Virus record (IMG/VR): IMGVR_UViG_3300012041_000027
Coordinates: 1-48,677 of that record
From: a virus
Taxonomy: Duplodnaviria; Caudoviricetes
Length of the DNA stretch: 48,677 bases
Strand: one strand, 5' to 3'
The notes beneath the pieces were generated by a model, which worked only from the letters and a program-made list of their open reading frames with translations, searched no databases and was not told the DNA's origin. This document shows positions 30,101 to 38,172 of this stretch, in pieces (positions within the stretch are counted from its first letter, which is position 1; the number at the start of each line of letters is the position of its first letter). The translations under genes were made by a program, and so were the position numbers.

Positions 30101-30181
30101 AGACCGGGCAATAGATTAATATTCCCAGGAAATAACTTAGTGCCTAGAGGTAATAGGTTAATCTATGACCAACAGCCCTAA
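24131..30181 (+). CDS. Giant internal virion / polyvalent protein (2016 aa) with HExxH motif
   Basis: Last gene of virion operon; Pro-rich linkers; KHEAAH..GHGMDW. Confidence 0.75.
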   Translation: MPQEPFVYPGQTRTTPTPGLLGRTRPTQSTQQTTPFGRRKYDVKDSETGKEYEIEWEGPNDPTEDEIKEMLSIDDKGPYYGERAGKSHGWLADQLWNAGKKVIDTGKGLLESTSLGETARMGDELARVREEDAKAKAAGASAVSSLEAKRKAESDEYFGKVNKALRNPFAIGEMAGNALDPTGVFMGTTSAVHDSYESFKRGDVGGGVVSGGLAVLPAFGLRHEIKKAGIPKNLLPPDNPVVPPVTPVGGNPAKANALPPIEKLPGAPEPNIRKQGQHSIGVKVEDVPTYTEQGYTIIDTFPDGSVLMEPPPRSRFGPTPGFGRATVEELGRPLTPFEEHMRKKKDEEGGLPPVEPPTEPPTPPTPPVAPVTPLTQTGPFGAGRPAPPVEPVEPPTTTTPVAGGPTINYGRTDNIYSIRNQGSQFFVEHPSLQKPAGPFRSYNQADKWINDQVNPFEQFPVEPPTPKQEPVPPVTPVESPVGQPVPPVEPVNPLLDRIRELDEAGAPDYKYKELLSPKQQKWGGKVSWRQQAIDEASVTTSATKAIGKAEATTRSKVAILKAKAEAAKAKLKALNAKLNPPGSDKGSVSAELLTAGLIDDATVERFHNWAKGLGASLSDANLLHYLKVVEKRDDISKALQGNALLPPESKADRIPVVKDEPFRPGPKARDYIEQQRNNSYGSNQHDVQRSPFEQRNYEDFLRSLDWKVEPIKGQRISPREMGDAARDVTLKDVDVMGHTGESLVPRTEKAVRSHVIPTEEQVRKLLRDNEAIADRDLLSADVAANRYLAGEGGDPMVYREMAIDSLRKVKEAGFKDFSKHELAVYDQVVEKLDNGSKTINDLRRSGPDVEVPRSGFGRLLDVFKAKEEPIKRDKFGLPALEVPDNVPKESFKEFVARTMDGMTPERFNRLPGDIRNGAAELYRESQAKVNKEPGTVTDINKLKPKFQARRSKYGVFTSDPAEMIRRMKDSFKEVDNIDEAHFITPDGKMYNHLRPLDSHGSSMREIGIDIYEALEKANIIRVGAPNAIEVGMPISKTQAKLIHDMMMSNKDPNMYVEVNSERVQRQWKAFDERATPEAIREWTNAQFEPSNTFAPKPKQPQVPKSIEELEAAWEAGDPKKLKPKYSTNLTKEEKLVLNKALDRRLAQAKAQGDTKAIASIGEARKLINGPQPPSIAQQVKDHAVKVVADNKAMHEQMQVKNKPSGMKHEPVLADPGGKLTPDERAWMEKHPFVQDLMRFHSDLIHHIMEVTGSIWAEGISHVGLSLDPGSHGMSIYNPLTGKHTILFNSFEEIFNTPDPRQAARESVTTAKHEAAHAGEGGNAGDVAFTITDQLDPRFKDFYNDLVNQVKEGGEAGGAISGHGMDWVYRLGEIYGKYGIERTAEAAKRLESIFTKGGRSGGYNPEISNLLRLYQESRRRAETTPDVFAGKGIQQKSPKAWKGFVSGNSGNAGKGTTSKPVTPPSKPVPPRAVVGKAGLLNNRKFSRKNPIFGKIFESLIANRNAELAAGIPPKFSTSFVNAEAQLRQAGYLYSGKPNAQGVLPAGVPAGYERITGGLGKFSGKYAHPEIRKVLEDYLSPTKTGLFNSAVEAVGKAKSLAMSSGLIPNKPLFTAHGFSIASPFSGRAVMEGGLKRWGQAVRYGLNPKLAASHLKAERADIIRATREDNYNPNVDTSIGHGITKPFNTTTGKYGTGKFKKWTNWLAEKQHKHWEGPLFEQMLPALKWQGWKSKLADFQKKGMSRAEAGKAASRVVNDHYSGYNTDTLMETKDFKTVASLTFLAPDWLRSAKNMGINVPKSLITELRGKGTPESRAYLKAGGRMLAAYTAANLLQKSLTGEYMVENDTKDKFTLFLNKEKTSYLNPFGSSIDFFKYPFLMAAAASTDGEKFSKGAGEILSEAAQNRLSPLGRLGTEFITGEDYKGEANLARTTDRFGNYIPATTRGANTFSQLINFGPPQVAQPWNVATGRATPLEGILKVGEMPFGFRKPKPRPGNRLIFPGNNLVPRGNRLIYDQQP

Positions 30182-30402
30182 AAGTCATTGATAAACTCTA
30201 CATTCTCCGCTTTCCAACCTTTTGGTCCTTTAACTGGTTGGAACTGAACTACTGGACCTTTAGGGATATTGGGAGGACTTATCATTATAAGTTCTTCCCA
30301 ATCTCCCTTATAGTCCGCAAAATGGAAAAAATACTCTACTCCATTCTCGTCAAGAATAAAGCCATAATGTGAGGGTTTAATTGTCTTTACCCTTCCGAGC
30401 AT
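30178..30402 (-). CDS. Cold-shock domain protein
   Basis: GRVK..YGFI..EYFFH..KGPKG..AENV (RNP1/RNP2-like). Confidence 0.9.
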   Translation of the reverse strand: MLGRVKTIKPSHYGFILDENGVEYFFHFADYKGDWEELIMISPPNIPKGPVVQFQPVKGPKGWKAENVEFINDF

Positions 30403-30405
30403 CTC

Positions 30406-31584
30406 TCAACCCTTCCTAGCTGAATTCCACCAATCAACTGCGGTTTTGGTTAGTTTATACCTAATCTCTTTACCACCTGTTAACTGGACTACGAAACCTG
30501 TTTGACTTAGACTCTCTATTACTCTATCTAATTCAGCAGCGTCGAAGTCTCCAAAACCTTTTTGTAACACCTTTTTCCTAGTTAATTCATAGCTAGGAGC
30601 AGAGAACATAATAACTAGGAATTGCTTTAAAGCACCTGAACTTTGACTATTTCCTTGCATCCCGGCTACCTGTCTAGCAGTATTAGATAGCTGAGAACAA
30701 GCAATAATAGCGTCTGCTACATCATCTTCTTCAATGAACATATCCTCTTTTCTTGATAATGATATGCATGTTGCAATCTTAATAATATGGTCATTCATTC
30801 GGTCATGAGTACCAGTTTTATCATCTACATCTGATTCTCTGTATGGATAAAACCACTCATTATACGTTGTTTTTGCATCCGTAGTCCATTGCATTGTTCC
30901 TTCTAGCTTAGCTATCTTTTTAAGATGAACCGCTAGCTTTTCATAGTCAACCTCGCTAGGGTCATCAATCATTGAATTACTACGATACCTTTTATCAGCT
31001 CCAATTAGTAGCGTTCTAGCTACAAATCCACCCCCTAAATGAGCTTTATCTACTGTCAAATTGAACATCTCTGGATTAGCTCCAGATAATAATGTTAGGC
31101 ATGGAAACCTCAGCTTTTCAACTGGAGAATTTTTGAGTGTGTTAACCCATTCGGGATTATAGTGAGCGTCATATAGGTCCGTTAAAATGGTTAAGGCATG
31201 TGTGGCTTCATAAAGAGAGGAAGCAAATTCACCACTACACAGAAATCCCCTTGCATCTTTGAATGGTATGCTTCCATTTTCTTTAGCCTTAACAATTGCT
31301 AATTCTTTGATAATACCCTCGATACTTCCTCTTCCCGAGATAACTCTGGTGTTATCTACCATTGACACTAACTTCTTAGCTACACTAGGACCAAAACCCT
31401 TACCTAATCCACTTCTCCCAATCAGCAGTATGTAGAGATTGGGTTTTAACTTGTAAGCTCCTTTATTAATAACTATGTTAGGACTTACTATGGCAGAGAT
31501 AGCTGCTAATCCTGACCAGTAAATCCATTGTTTTGGTGTTTCGACAAAATCAGTCTCTTTTATGAGCAACTCCAACCATGACAT
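30406..31584 (-). CDS. DUF3987/YfjI-like P-loop ATPase, putative replicative helicase
   Basis: PNLYILLIGRSGLGKG, LTDLYD, GGFVAR; adjacent to polymerase. Confidence 0.7.
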   Translation of the reverse strand: MSWLELLIKETDFVETPKQWIYWSGLAAISAIVSPNIVINKGAYKLKPNLYILLIGRSGLGKGFGPSVAKKLVSMVDNTRVISGRGSIEGIIKELAIVKAKENGSIPFKDARGFLCSGEFASSLYEATHALTILTDLYDAHYNPEWVNTLKNSPVEKLRFPCLTLLSGANPEMFNLTVDKAHLGGGFVARTLLIGADKRYRSNSMIDDPSEVDYEKLAVHLKKIAKLEGTMQWTTDAKTTYNEWFYPYRESDVDDKTGTHDRMNDHIIKIATCISLSRKEDMFIEEDDVADAIIACSQLSNTARQVAGMQGNSQSSGALKQFLVIMFSAPSYELTRKKVLQKGFGDFDAAELDRVIESLSQTGFVVQLTGGKEIRYKLTKTAVDWWNSARKG

Positions 31585-31594
31585 GGGCTTTACT

Positions 31595-34063
31595 CTAAAG
31601 TTTAAACTTTTTTAAGTCACGATAGTTTTCTCCAACCTCAAAATCACATGGTATTATTAACAAACCACGCTTAATTGAGCAAGTAGAAAAGTCAATTGGC
31701 TGCTCTATGAGGGGTTTTAATTCTTTACATATGTCTTTATATTCTCCTTCCGGCATGTGATAAGTAAGGGAATCATGAGCCTCATTCGCTAGTCTAATAG
31801 GGTATTTTTTGTCCTTAATTGCTAAGGCACTTTGAGTTAACCTATCCTTAACTGTTGACTGAGGTAGGAACGCAAACGCCTCTTTATATAGTTGATTGCC
31901 AGGTCTATTAAAGAACCTTCTTAGCCGGCCAAAGGGGTTAATTAATGACCTACTTAAGTCTATTTGGTCCTTTACTTCCTTGTGAAATACTCCTACAATA
32001 TTAGGTGAAGCAGCATGAAATCTTTCAAGAATCTGCTTTGAACTAAACGCTGAAATGGTAAAGTTAATTTTGAATCTTCTACAATCACTTACTACATTCT
32101 TTAAGAATTCTCTCCATTGCATGTTGTAATTGCCAGCATGTCTAACCTTCTTTCCAATGAATCTTTCAGGTGAATCCTTATCAAGAGAATCAGCAATAGG
32201 GTCATGTTCAAATGATAGGTTTAATTGTCCAGTAATTAGGGCTAGGGCTGCTGTTCTACGGTGAATGTCAATTTTATTGTATGCTTCTAAGAGTAGTTCA
32301 TCATTACTTAAAAGAGCAACTACTCGTCCTTCAGCTTGGCTAAGGTCAATGTTAACGATAACATGTCCTGGGTCAGCTTTAAGGATTCCTCTAACATCTT
32401 GCCCGATATCCCCATGCTTTGTAAGTGTTTTAAATGCGAATCCAATTTTGCACGGTCTAGTTGGTGGGTCCAATATACTATCTGAAGATCGCCCTGTTTC
32501 TGTTCCAACGATTCTAATTTGGGTACGCATCCTGCCATCAAAGTCTGACATTGCATATAGATACGTTGATAGAGTTTTGTTAACTCGGCGTATTTCCAAA
32601 ATACGTGATAATACGTCTCTAATTGATTCATCTCTGACATCTTTTAATAACCTCGAAATTGTATCCTCACCAGTATCCAGGTTCTTATCAACAGGTTTTA
32701 ATCTCATCTGTTCATAGAGTAGTTCCTTTACCTGTTTTGGTGAGTTATAGTTTACATCCCTACCTACAGACACATCTAATTGAACCTGTAAATGCTCGGC
32801 CCAGGTTTGATACTTAGCAATTAGGTAATCTTTAACTCCTTGGTCTAGGGCAAAACCTACCTTTTCCATATCGAAGTAGAGTTTGTGTAGTTTAGTAATG
32901 TATTTATAGTAGAATCCTTTGAGGTCGGTGTGGTATTGTTCTGATAGAATTTCAAGTTCTTTTTCTTGAACCCTATCAACTTCAGCATCAACCGCTGAAT
33001 CTTTAGCGTTATAGAGGAACCACCTATCAGTGTCATGTTTCCCAAAGATGAACTCTTTCCCTTCGTCCTTATAATAAGGCTCACGAGTCCATATGCTAGC
33101 CAAAAACGCCAATCCAACATACGGTATTTCGGGGTTGATTGTATGAGCCTTAAGCGAGGTATCACTTTTTAACCCCTTAAAGGTAAAGCCTAGCATTTCT
33201 AGTTTAGCTTGGTCAAACTTGAAGTTCTGTCCAGCTACTTCTTTAGTTCTAAATAGCTTATCTAAAGACTGCCAAATGAAAGCTAGGTCTGTGGTGGGAA
33301 TTGTTGAGATTTCGTATCTTCCAACTCTACTGAAGAGAGGGATTGAGATTGCTTCGTGTTCGTTCCAAGCAAGGCTAACACATCCAGGAATTGTTGATTC
33401 AATTGTCTCAATGTCTGCAAAGATTCTGTCTGAACTTTTGAACCCCCTATCAATAAATCGAGATACATCGACTGAATTTCTTGCAATAAGGAGTGACCTT
33501 TTAGTAGGATTGAAGCCCGTTGACGCCGACTCATGGATTGCTCTTTTAATGTCATTAGCTAGCACCCATTTCCATACATAAGAAAACATACCCTTTGATT
33601 CATCATGGTCCTCAGAATCATCACTAGCCCTAATTAAATGATAAGGTGAAATAGTTCCTACTACCTTAGCATCACCTACTTGAGAAGAGAGAATTGAACC
33701 CCTATAATTAAGGAGTTTACTAGTTCCTGAAATTACTTCAAATGAACTAGGACCGAGAGTCAGGATGCAGTTAGGTTTGATTGATAGTATTTCATTGTAT
33801 AGTCTCTCTTTCTCCTCTTCTACATCACAGACAGTTCCAATCTGTTTAATATCATTGAATGGTGGCCGGTATCTATAGGTATAAGTTAACCAATAATCTG
33901 TTCTCCAGTTAGCATGATTAAGTTCAATAAATACCCTATCTAAGAACTCACCAACAGAACCCTGAAATGGTTTCTCATATTTATCAGAGGTATTGTCTGG
34001 ATGATCTCCTAGTATTAATAGTTTAGCGTATGGATTTCCTTGACCTGATACACAATTAGGCAT
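31595..34063 (-). CDS. polA: Family A DNA polymerase with N-terminal UDG-like and 3'-5' exonuclease domains
   Basis: Exo DIET, QNFKFD, YNAKD; pol TETGR, DLSQAE, R..GKKVRHAGNY, AHDSL; N-terminal GQGNPYAKLLILGDHP..PFQG. Confidence 0.92.
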   Translation of the reverse strand: MPNCVSGQGNPYAKLLILGDHPDNTSDKYEKPFQGSVGEFLDRVFIELNHANWRTDYWLTYTYRYRPPFNDIKQIGTVCDVEEEKERLYNEILSIKPNCILTLGPSSFEVISGTSKLLNYRGSILSSQVGDAKVVGTISPYHLIRASDDSEDHDESKGMFSYVWKWVLANDIKRAIHESASTGFNPTKRSLLIARNSVDVSRFIDRGFKSSDRIFADIETIESTIPGCVSLAWNEHEAISIPLFSRVGRYEISTIPTTDLAFIWQSLDKLFRTKEVAGQNFKFDQAKLEMLGFTFKGLKSDTSLKAHTINPEIPYVGLAFLASIWTREPYYKDEGKEFIFGKHDTDRWFLYNAKDSAVDAEVDRVQEKELEILSEQYHTDLKGFYYKYITKLHKLYFDMEKVGFALDQGVKDYLIAKYQTWAEHLQVQLDVSVGRDVNYNSPKQVKELLYEQMRLKPVDKNLDTGEDTISRLLKDVRDESIRDVLSRILEIRRVNKTLSTYLYAMSDFDGRMRTQIRIVGTETGRSSDSILDPPTRPCKIGFAFKTLTKHGDIGQDVRGILKADPGHVIVNIDLSQAEGRVVALLSNDELLLEAYNKIDIHRRTAALALITGQLNLSFEHDPIADSLDKDSPERFIGKKVRHAGNYNMQWREFLKNVVSDCRRFKINFTISAFSSKQILERFHAASPNIVGVFHKEVKDQIDLSRSLINPFGRLRRFFNRPGNQLYKEAFAFLPQSTVKDRLTQSALAIKDKKYPIRLANEAHDSLTYHMPEGEYKDICKELKPLIEQPIDFSTCSIKRGLLIIPCDFEVGENYRDLKKFKL

Positions 34064-34415
34064 TTGTAGGTGTCTCTCTAATAGTAACCTTATCTACTCT
34101 TTCATGTAGTGTTGAAGTGTGCCGATTATGATAATCTGCTTTCCAAATTGCCATGTAAACGATAGCATCGTCAAAAGTATCATTTACGCTTTCATGATTA
34201 GGTGGCTTTGTTAACACTACTGCCAACCTAGCTAGCTTAATCCCTACCATTACAGCATATACTTTATCTCTACTATTCTTAAACAACCCACTTAGAAACT
34301 CAGCAAAGTCAAAGTTAAAGAATGGCCCCTTGTCACCAGTGTAATCATCATTCTTTGTCTTGTGAAGTTTCGTCAGCTTGTCGAATGTCTCCGTCACTCC
34401 CGGTATTGTTGGCAT
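34056..34415 (-). CDS. Nucleotide-modification-associated (Nmad1/DUF1599-like) helical protein
   Basis: KNDDY..FFNF..KLARL..ESVNDTFDDAIVY. Confidence 0.65.
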   Translation of the reverse strand: MPTIPGVTETFDKLTKLHKTKNDDYTGDKGPFFNFDFAEFLSGLFKNSRDKVYAVMVGIKLARLAVVLTKPPNHESVNDTFDDAIVYMAIWKADYHNRHTSTLHERVDKVTIRETPTNA

Positions 34416-34665
34416 TTTGATTCTCCTGATTCTCCCAATATAGAACTACTTGATGACCATGATTAACTACAACTTGACCTTCTTCAGTTTCAAGAAATAG
34501 GATTACACAATGACGATGTAAATAGCAATCCCACTCATCACAAAACATCAAATCAACTGGCTCAATTCCTTTCCCACAGTAGAAACAGTTATCGTTAAGG
34601 GATGTACCGTGCATCTTACCAAAATCATGGTCCGGTGTAATAGGATAGATACCACCACAAGGCAT
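34415..34665 (-). CDS. Cys-rich small protein (probable start MPCGG; frame runs on to 34348)
   Basis: ORF track 34348..34716; CFYC, CDEWDC.LHRHC; boundaries approximate. Confidence 0.5.
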
Positions 34666-34666
34666 A

Positions 34667-34861
34667 TTATCGCTCCTCTTTGTATTCGTAAGCCCAATTA
34701 GTAATGACCCAATCATCTATACAGTTTTGTTCTGAAATATAATCAGCCTTTCCAGCCTTCTCCATTCTATCTTTCCAGTATGGGAAGTACTCCTTAAGGA
34801 TTTGTTCTTCCGTATAGATATGCTCTCCTTCAGGATCTTCATACTTATACGTCTTAGACAT
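34667..34861 (-). CDS. Hypothetical protein
   Basis: GAGGTG RBS, 64 aa. Confidence 0.7.
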   Translation of the reverse strand: MSKTYKYEDPEGEHIYTEEQILKEYFPYWKDRMEKAGKADYISEQNCIDDWVITNWAYEYKEER

Positions 34862-34864
34862 AAG

Positions 34865-35287
34865 TCACCTCAATGACCAACAATGGCCGTTAGGAGAGAT
34901 AACGTAAATCTCTTTCTCACTTTGCATTGCGTAGCGGATTGTTTTCCAGGCAGGACTATCTTCAAATTCATTGAAGGTTTGTGGAGTAGCAATAACTATT
35001 GTGCTCTCATCAATCATCCTCTTGTTTCTATCTCTTAGTGGAAGGGGAGAATTGATATTCTTTGCTCCATTAAACCGTTCACTGTTGTCACCGTTACCGG
35101 CTCTAGGATAAAGATCAATTGAGAATCCTTGTCCTACTAAAGTTAGGAAGATGTCATAATCAGCATCTTCTCCACCAACTAGGAATGAATCCTTATCCTT
35201 ATCGAATGAGGGAAGGAAATCCCTAAATCCCTCAAGCTGTTTCTTGGTAATATCAAACCGTGAAGTGATTATTGCAACTTTGCTCAT
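34865..35287 (-). CDS. SLOG/DprA-like nucleotide-binding protein
   Basis: GG..AD, PLRDRNKRMID, S.AWKTIRYA. Confidence 0.7.
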   Translation of the reverse strand: MSKVAIITSRFDITKKQLEGFRDFLPSFDKDKDSFLVGGEDADYDIFLTLVGQGFSIDLYPRAGNGDNSERFNGAKNINSPLPLRDRNKRMIDESTIVIATPQTFNEFEDSPAWKTIRYAMQSEKEIYVISPNGHCWSLR

Positions 35288-35570
35288 GATTCCATAAACC
35301 TCTGTAGTTTGTTCTTTCTTTGTAAAAAGTTATATGCCGCGTTACGATTCCTAATTTGTTCAATTTCTGGGTATAGTTTTAATCCTTTGATTAGAATTAG
35401 AGACACACCTACCCAAGTTTTAGAACGTCTAGTTAACTTAGCTAGTGTTCTAACTGAGATTTGTTTATTGCGTGACTCTAAATATTCAATTAACAGAGCC
35501 AGGTCATTGACCTCTTTGACCCAATCTCTGTAGGATTTAAGATTGTCAATGACCTGCTGTTCGATATTCA
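35284..35570 (-). CDS. HTH-like hypothetical protein
   Basis: SVRTLAKLTRRSKTWVG; probable start MNIEQQ. Confidence 0.6.
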
Positions 35571-35573
35571 TAG

Positions 35574-35756
35574 TTACCTGAGTCGCATTGGGATACTTAC
35601 AACACCAATCAAACTGAGTAGCCAAATGCAAATGAACAGAACGACAACGACACGAATTACTACTTTAATTGGCTGAGACATTGGGATGTAATTCTCTACC
35701 AAGTAAAGCACTAGCCCTAAAACCACTAGAACTATTAGAATTGTAATCATTGTCAT
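35574..35756 (-). CDS. Two-TM small membrane protein (Thivi_2564-like), holin candidate
   Basis: LIVLVVLGLVLYLV..IPM..PIK..VVVLFICIWLL. Confidence 0.7.
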   Translation of the reverse strand: MTMITILIVLVVLGLVLYLVENYIPMSQPIKVVIRVVVVLFICIWLLSLIGVVSIPMRLR

Positions 35757-35769
35757 TCTCCTTGTGAAG

Positions 35770-35853
35770 TGCGACGGGAGAGACTCGAACTCTCAATCCC
35801 TTACGGGCCTAAGATTTTAAGTCTTATGCGTATACCGATTCCGCCACCGTCGC
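35770..35853 (-). tRNA. tRNA-Leu, anticodon UAA; CCA not encoded
   Basis: Acceptor GCGACGG/CCGTCGC-A, D-arm TGGCGGAATCGGTATACGC, anticodon arm TAAGA-CTTAAAA-TCTTA, long variable arm, T-arm GAGAG-TTCGAGT-CTCTC. Confidence 0.95.
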
Positions 35854-35856
35854 AAA

Positions 35857-36207
35857 CTAATATCTACGCCATTCAGCAACGAACTGTTCAACTACCGAAG
35901 CGTTCTTTAATGCAATTTCTAGTACCGCTTTTCGATTTGCTAAACGATCCTCAAGCATTTCAATCTCTGCTTTTAGTTCTGCTACAATAGAACCAGTTGC
36001 AAAGTTTGGGGGTGGGGTTAGTTGAAATTGACTGTATGTCTCTGGTGTCTCAGGCGCTTGCATTGGCTCTGTCATTTCGTCTACATGGATCTTATTAGAT
36101 TCTTTGGTAGGAATCTCACTCTGTTTCTTTGTCATGATTCTGATAGCCTCGATTGTTATTCTGCCAGTGGCAATTAGTGGTGGGGTAGACTTAAAGATTC
36201 CATCCAT
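35857..36207 (-). CDS. Hypothetical coiled-coil protein (true start may be MTKKQ)
   Basis: ORF track. Confidence 0.6.
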   Translation of the reverse strand: MDGIFKSTPPLIATGRITIEAIRIMTKKQSEIPTKESNKIHVDEMTEPMQAPETPETYSQFQLTPPPNFATGSIVAELKAEIEMLEDRLANRKAVLEIALKNASVVEQFVAEWRRY

Positions 36208-36241
36208 AAAAGGACTGGTTCTTTTGACTAGAGAACCAGTA
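36208..36241 (-). terminator. Intrinsic terminator-like hairpin after the SSB-like gene
   Basis: ACTGGTTCT..AGAACCAGT then CCTTTT on the minus strand. Confidence 0.55.
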
Positions 36242-36333
36242 ATAACTAGACTACCTTACATTTCTAGGAACCTTTACTTTGTGTAAGGACCGCGTAAGGT
36301 AGATTTACTAGCTAATCGGCAGCTTAGCTAGAA

Positions 36334-36756
36334 CTATTCCGCTGTTGGCAACTGAGCGTAATCGTCAACCTGATTCACAGGCTTGTTGTTGTACGTTCCA
36401 CGAATCCAATGAGCCAGGAATTTCTTCCCAATCATTGTTCCCTTAGAAAGACGGACATTGAAAGACTTGTCCTCATTCTGTGGGAATCCACAAGCAGAAA
36501 GAAGAGGAGCAGCAAGAACTGGCAACTTTTCACTGAAGTAAATGAAAGAGTTCTCCAGTCCCTTAAAATCTCCAGCAAAGACCTTATAGGTCAAGTGAAG
36601 ATTCTTGCTGTCACCGGCTTTGGAATCAATGATTTCAAAATCAGTGATTTCCGTTGGAAGCCAAGACGGAGCATCAACAAGACGATTCTTGCTAATGTCC
36701 TCAGCGGTGATTCCCCAGACAATTGATTCATCAGCCATATAGATACTACTCTCCAT
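36334..36756 (-). CDS. Putative single-stranded DNA-binding protein (DUF669-like)
   Basis: SKAGD..L.Y.V..G.FKG..IGK..YNNK..NQV pattern; follows AAA_24 gene. Confidence 0.6.
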   Translation of the reverse strand: MESSIYMADESIVWGITAEDISKNRLVDAPSWLPTEITDFEIIDSKAGDSKNLHLTYKVFAGDFKGLENSFIYFSEKLPVLAAPLLSACGFPQNEDKSFNVRLSKGTMIGKKFLAHWIRGTYNNKPVNQVDDYAQLPTAE

Positions 36757-36840
36757 TGTGCATTTTGTTATAGTTGCACTTCTATTTATTATTCCTGCCC
36801 CCGGAATTGGGTGACTAGGAATAATTTTGTGTTACTAAAT

Positions 36841-37641
36841 CTAAAGGAATTCCTTGACCAAATCATACAGATTCTTGTCTGTATAATCAATTGAAGCAGG
36901 AATTTTCAAGGCTGTTTTAGCCTCAAGATAATCCTCGCAAGGTCTTGTGTAACAGGTTCTCTTAATGACTTCCTTGCCAAGATTGTCACTAGTAACCTGG
37001 TAATCGAAATACCAAACCTCATCGAAATAGGTTGGAATGATTGATTCAATCTTAGGTCCAAAGGTAGTAATAGAAGAATACTTAACTGCCGGCTTATTCT
37101 TACCAGCAATTGCAGTTCTCTGGACAGGGTGAGCTGTTAGGAAAAGATTACACTTAAGAGATTTGAGAGTTTCTAGGAGAGTTGAGATAATCATTGCTTC
37201 TCCAGCATATTCATCCCAACTAGGAACCATTACTCCACCAGCAGTAATCTTAGCTCCTTTAGATTCATCACTACCCTTACTACTAGACCAATCTCCCCAA
37301 GAACCTTTCGCTTTCATTTGCATGATTACTGTCGTAGTAGACAAAGAAGTAACTCCATCGACAATAACATTCTGAAAAGGATTATACTTCACAATGTTAT
37401 TAATCGTAGGCTTTAGAGTAGTCCAAATATTATCAGCATTAACACGCTCAATTGAAAAGTCTCCAGCTTTAACTCTTTCTGGAAACCAATCAACAACCGG
37501 CTTATGTCTATCATCAATATCAATAATTAGAGTCTTACCAGGCCAACTAGCAGCAGCAATAGTTTTACCTCTACCTGTTCCACCTACAAACAAAGCTCTA
37601 ACAAACTTATCGTATGTTTCACTATTAAGATTGGTCGGCAT
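36841..37641 (-). CDS. AAA_24 / Sak4-like recombination ATPase
   Basis: GGTGRGKT, IVDGVT, LTAH, YFDEV, AKT. Confidence 0.85.
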   Translation of the reverse strand: MPTNLNSETYDKFVRALFVGGTGRGKTIAAASWPGKTLIIDIDDRHKPVVDWFPERVKAGDFSIERVNADNIWTTLKPTINNIVKYNPFQNVIVDGVTSLSTTTVIMQMKAKGSWGDWSSSKGSDESKGAKITAGGVMVPSWDEYAGEAMIISTLLETLKSLKCNLFLTAHPVQRTAIAGKNKPAVKYSSITTFGPKIESIIPTYFDEVWYFDYQVTSDNLGKEVIKRTCYTRPCEDYLEAKTALKIPASIDYTDKNLYDLVKEFL

Positions 37642-37828
37642 CGTTATCCTCTACGAAAATATCAAGTGGGTCACTGGACAGAACTCTGAGATAAGTTATA
37701 TCTTCATCTCCACCGTAACCTTTTAATTCCATTAAGCCGGCCGGCTGAAAACGAATCTGTTTAACCTTATACTTATCTACTCTTACCACCTCTCTTTTTG
37801 TGTTGAATCTTACTACTTGAACTATCAT
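37625..37828 (-). CDS. Hypothetical protein
   Basis: ORF in operon. Confidence 0.6.
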   Translation of the reverse strand: MIVQVVRFNTKREVVRVDKYKVKQIRFQPAGLMELKGYGGDEDITYLRVLSSDPLDIFVEDNDADQS

Positions 37829-37836
37829 TATTTATC

Positions 37837-38172
37837 TCACAATCCCTTTGGTAAGAGAGAACTCATTAGCTGGTCAATAGAACTTTCAATCTTCTGCTTC
37901 TTCTGCCTAATTCTATCAGGAGTTTTAGTGCAATCGTCACAATGAGGTCTAACGATTATCCTATCGCCATGCTTAAGTTTAGCCATCCTCATAATGAAAG
38001 GACTCTCACATCTATTACATTCCGAAAGCTTTCCCTCTACTAATTCTAGCCGGATGTGATGTGAACAATCCTGTTTAATGCAAATGTAAACCAAGTAAGG
38101 AGCCTTACCAGCTTTCCTAGTTAAATCCTTTAATCTATACTTGTGAATATGCTTTTTCATCGCTTTAATCAC
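37837..38172 (-). CDS. Zn-finger-like protein
   Basis: HIH, CxxxxCxH, CNRC, CDDC. Confidence 0.65.
   Translation of the reverse strand: MIKAMKKHIHKYRLKDLTRKAGKAPYLVYICIKQDCSHHIRLELVEGKLSECNRCESPFIMRMAKLKHGDRIIVRPHCDDCTKTPDRIRQKKQKIESSIDQLMSSLLPKGL

Noticed and set aside
2311-30181. Stop-codon reassignment
   Set aside because: Genes tile completely in the standard code, and TAA, TAG and TGA all end genes.
32265-33581. Opposite-strand and alternate-frame ORFs inside polA (likewise inside terL, portal and the giant gene)
   Set aside because: These are shadow ORFs of long genes, with no RBS or motifs.
35769-35990. Plus-strand 73-aa ORF
   Set aside because: It is antisense to the tRNA-Leu gene.
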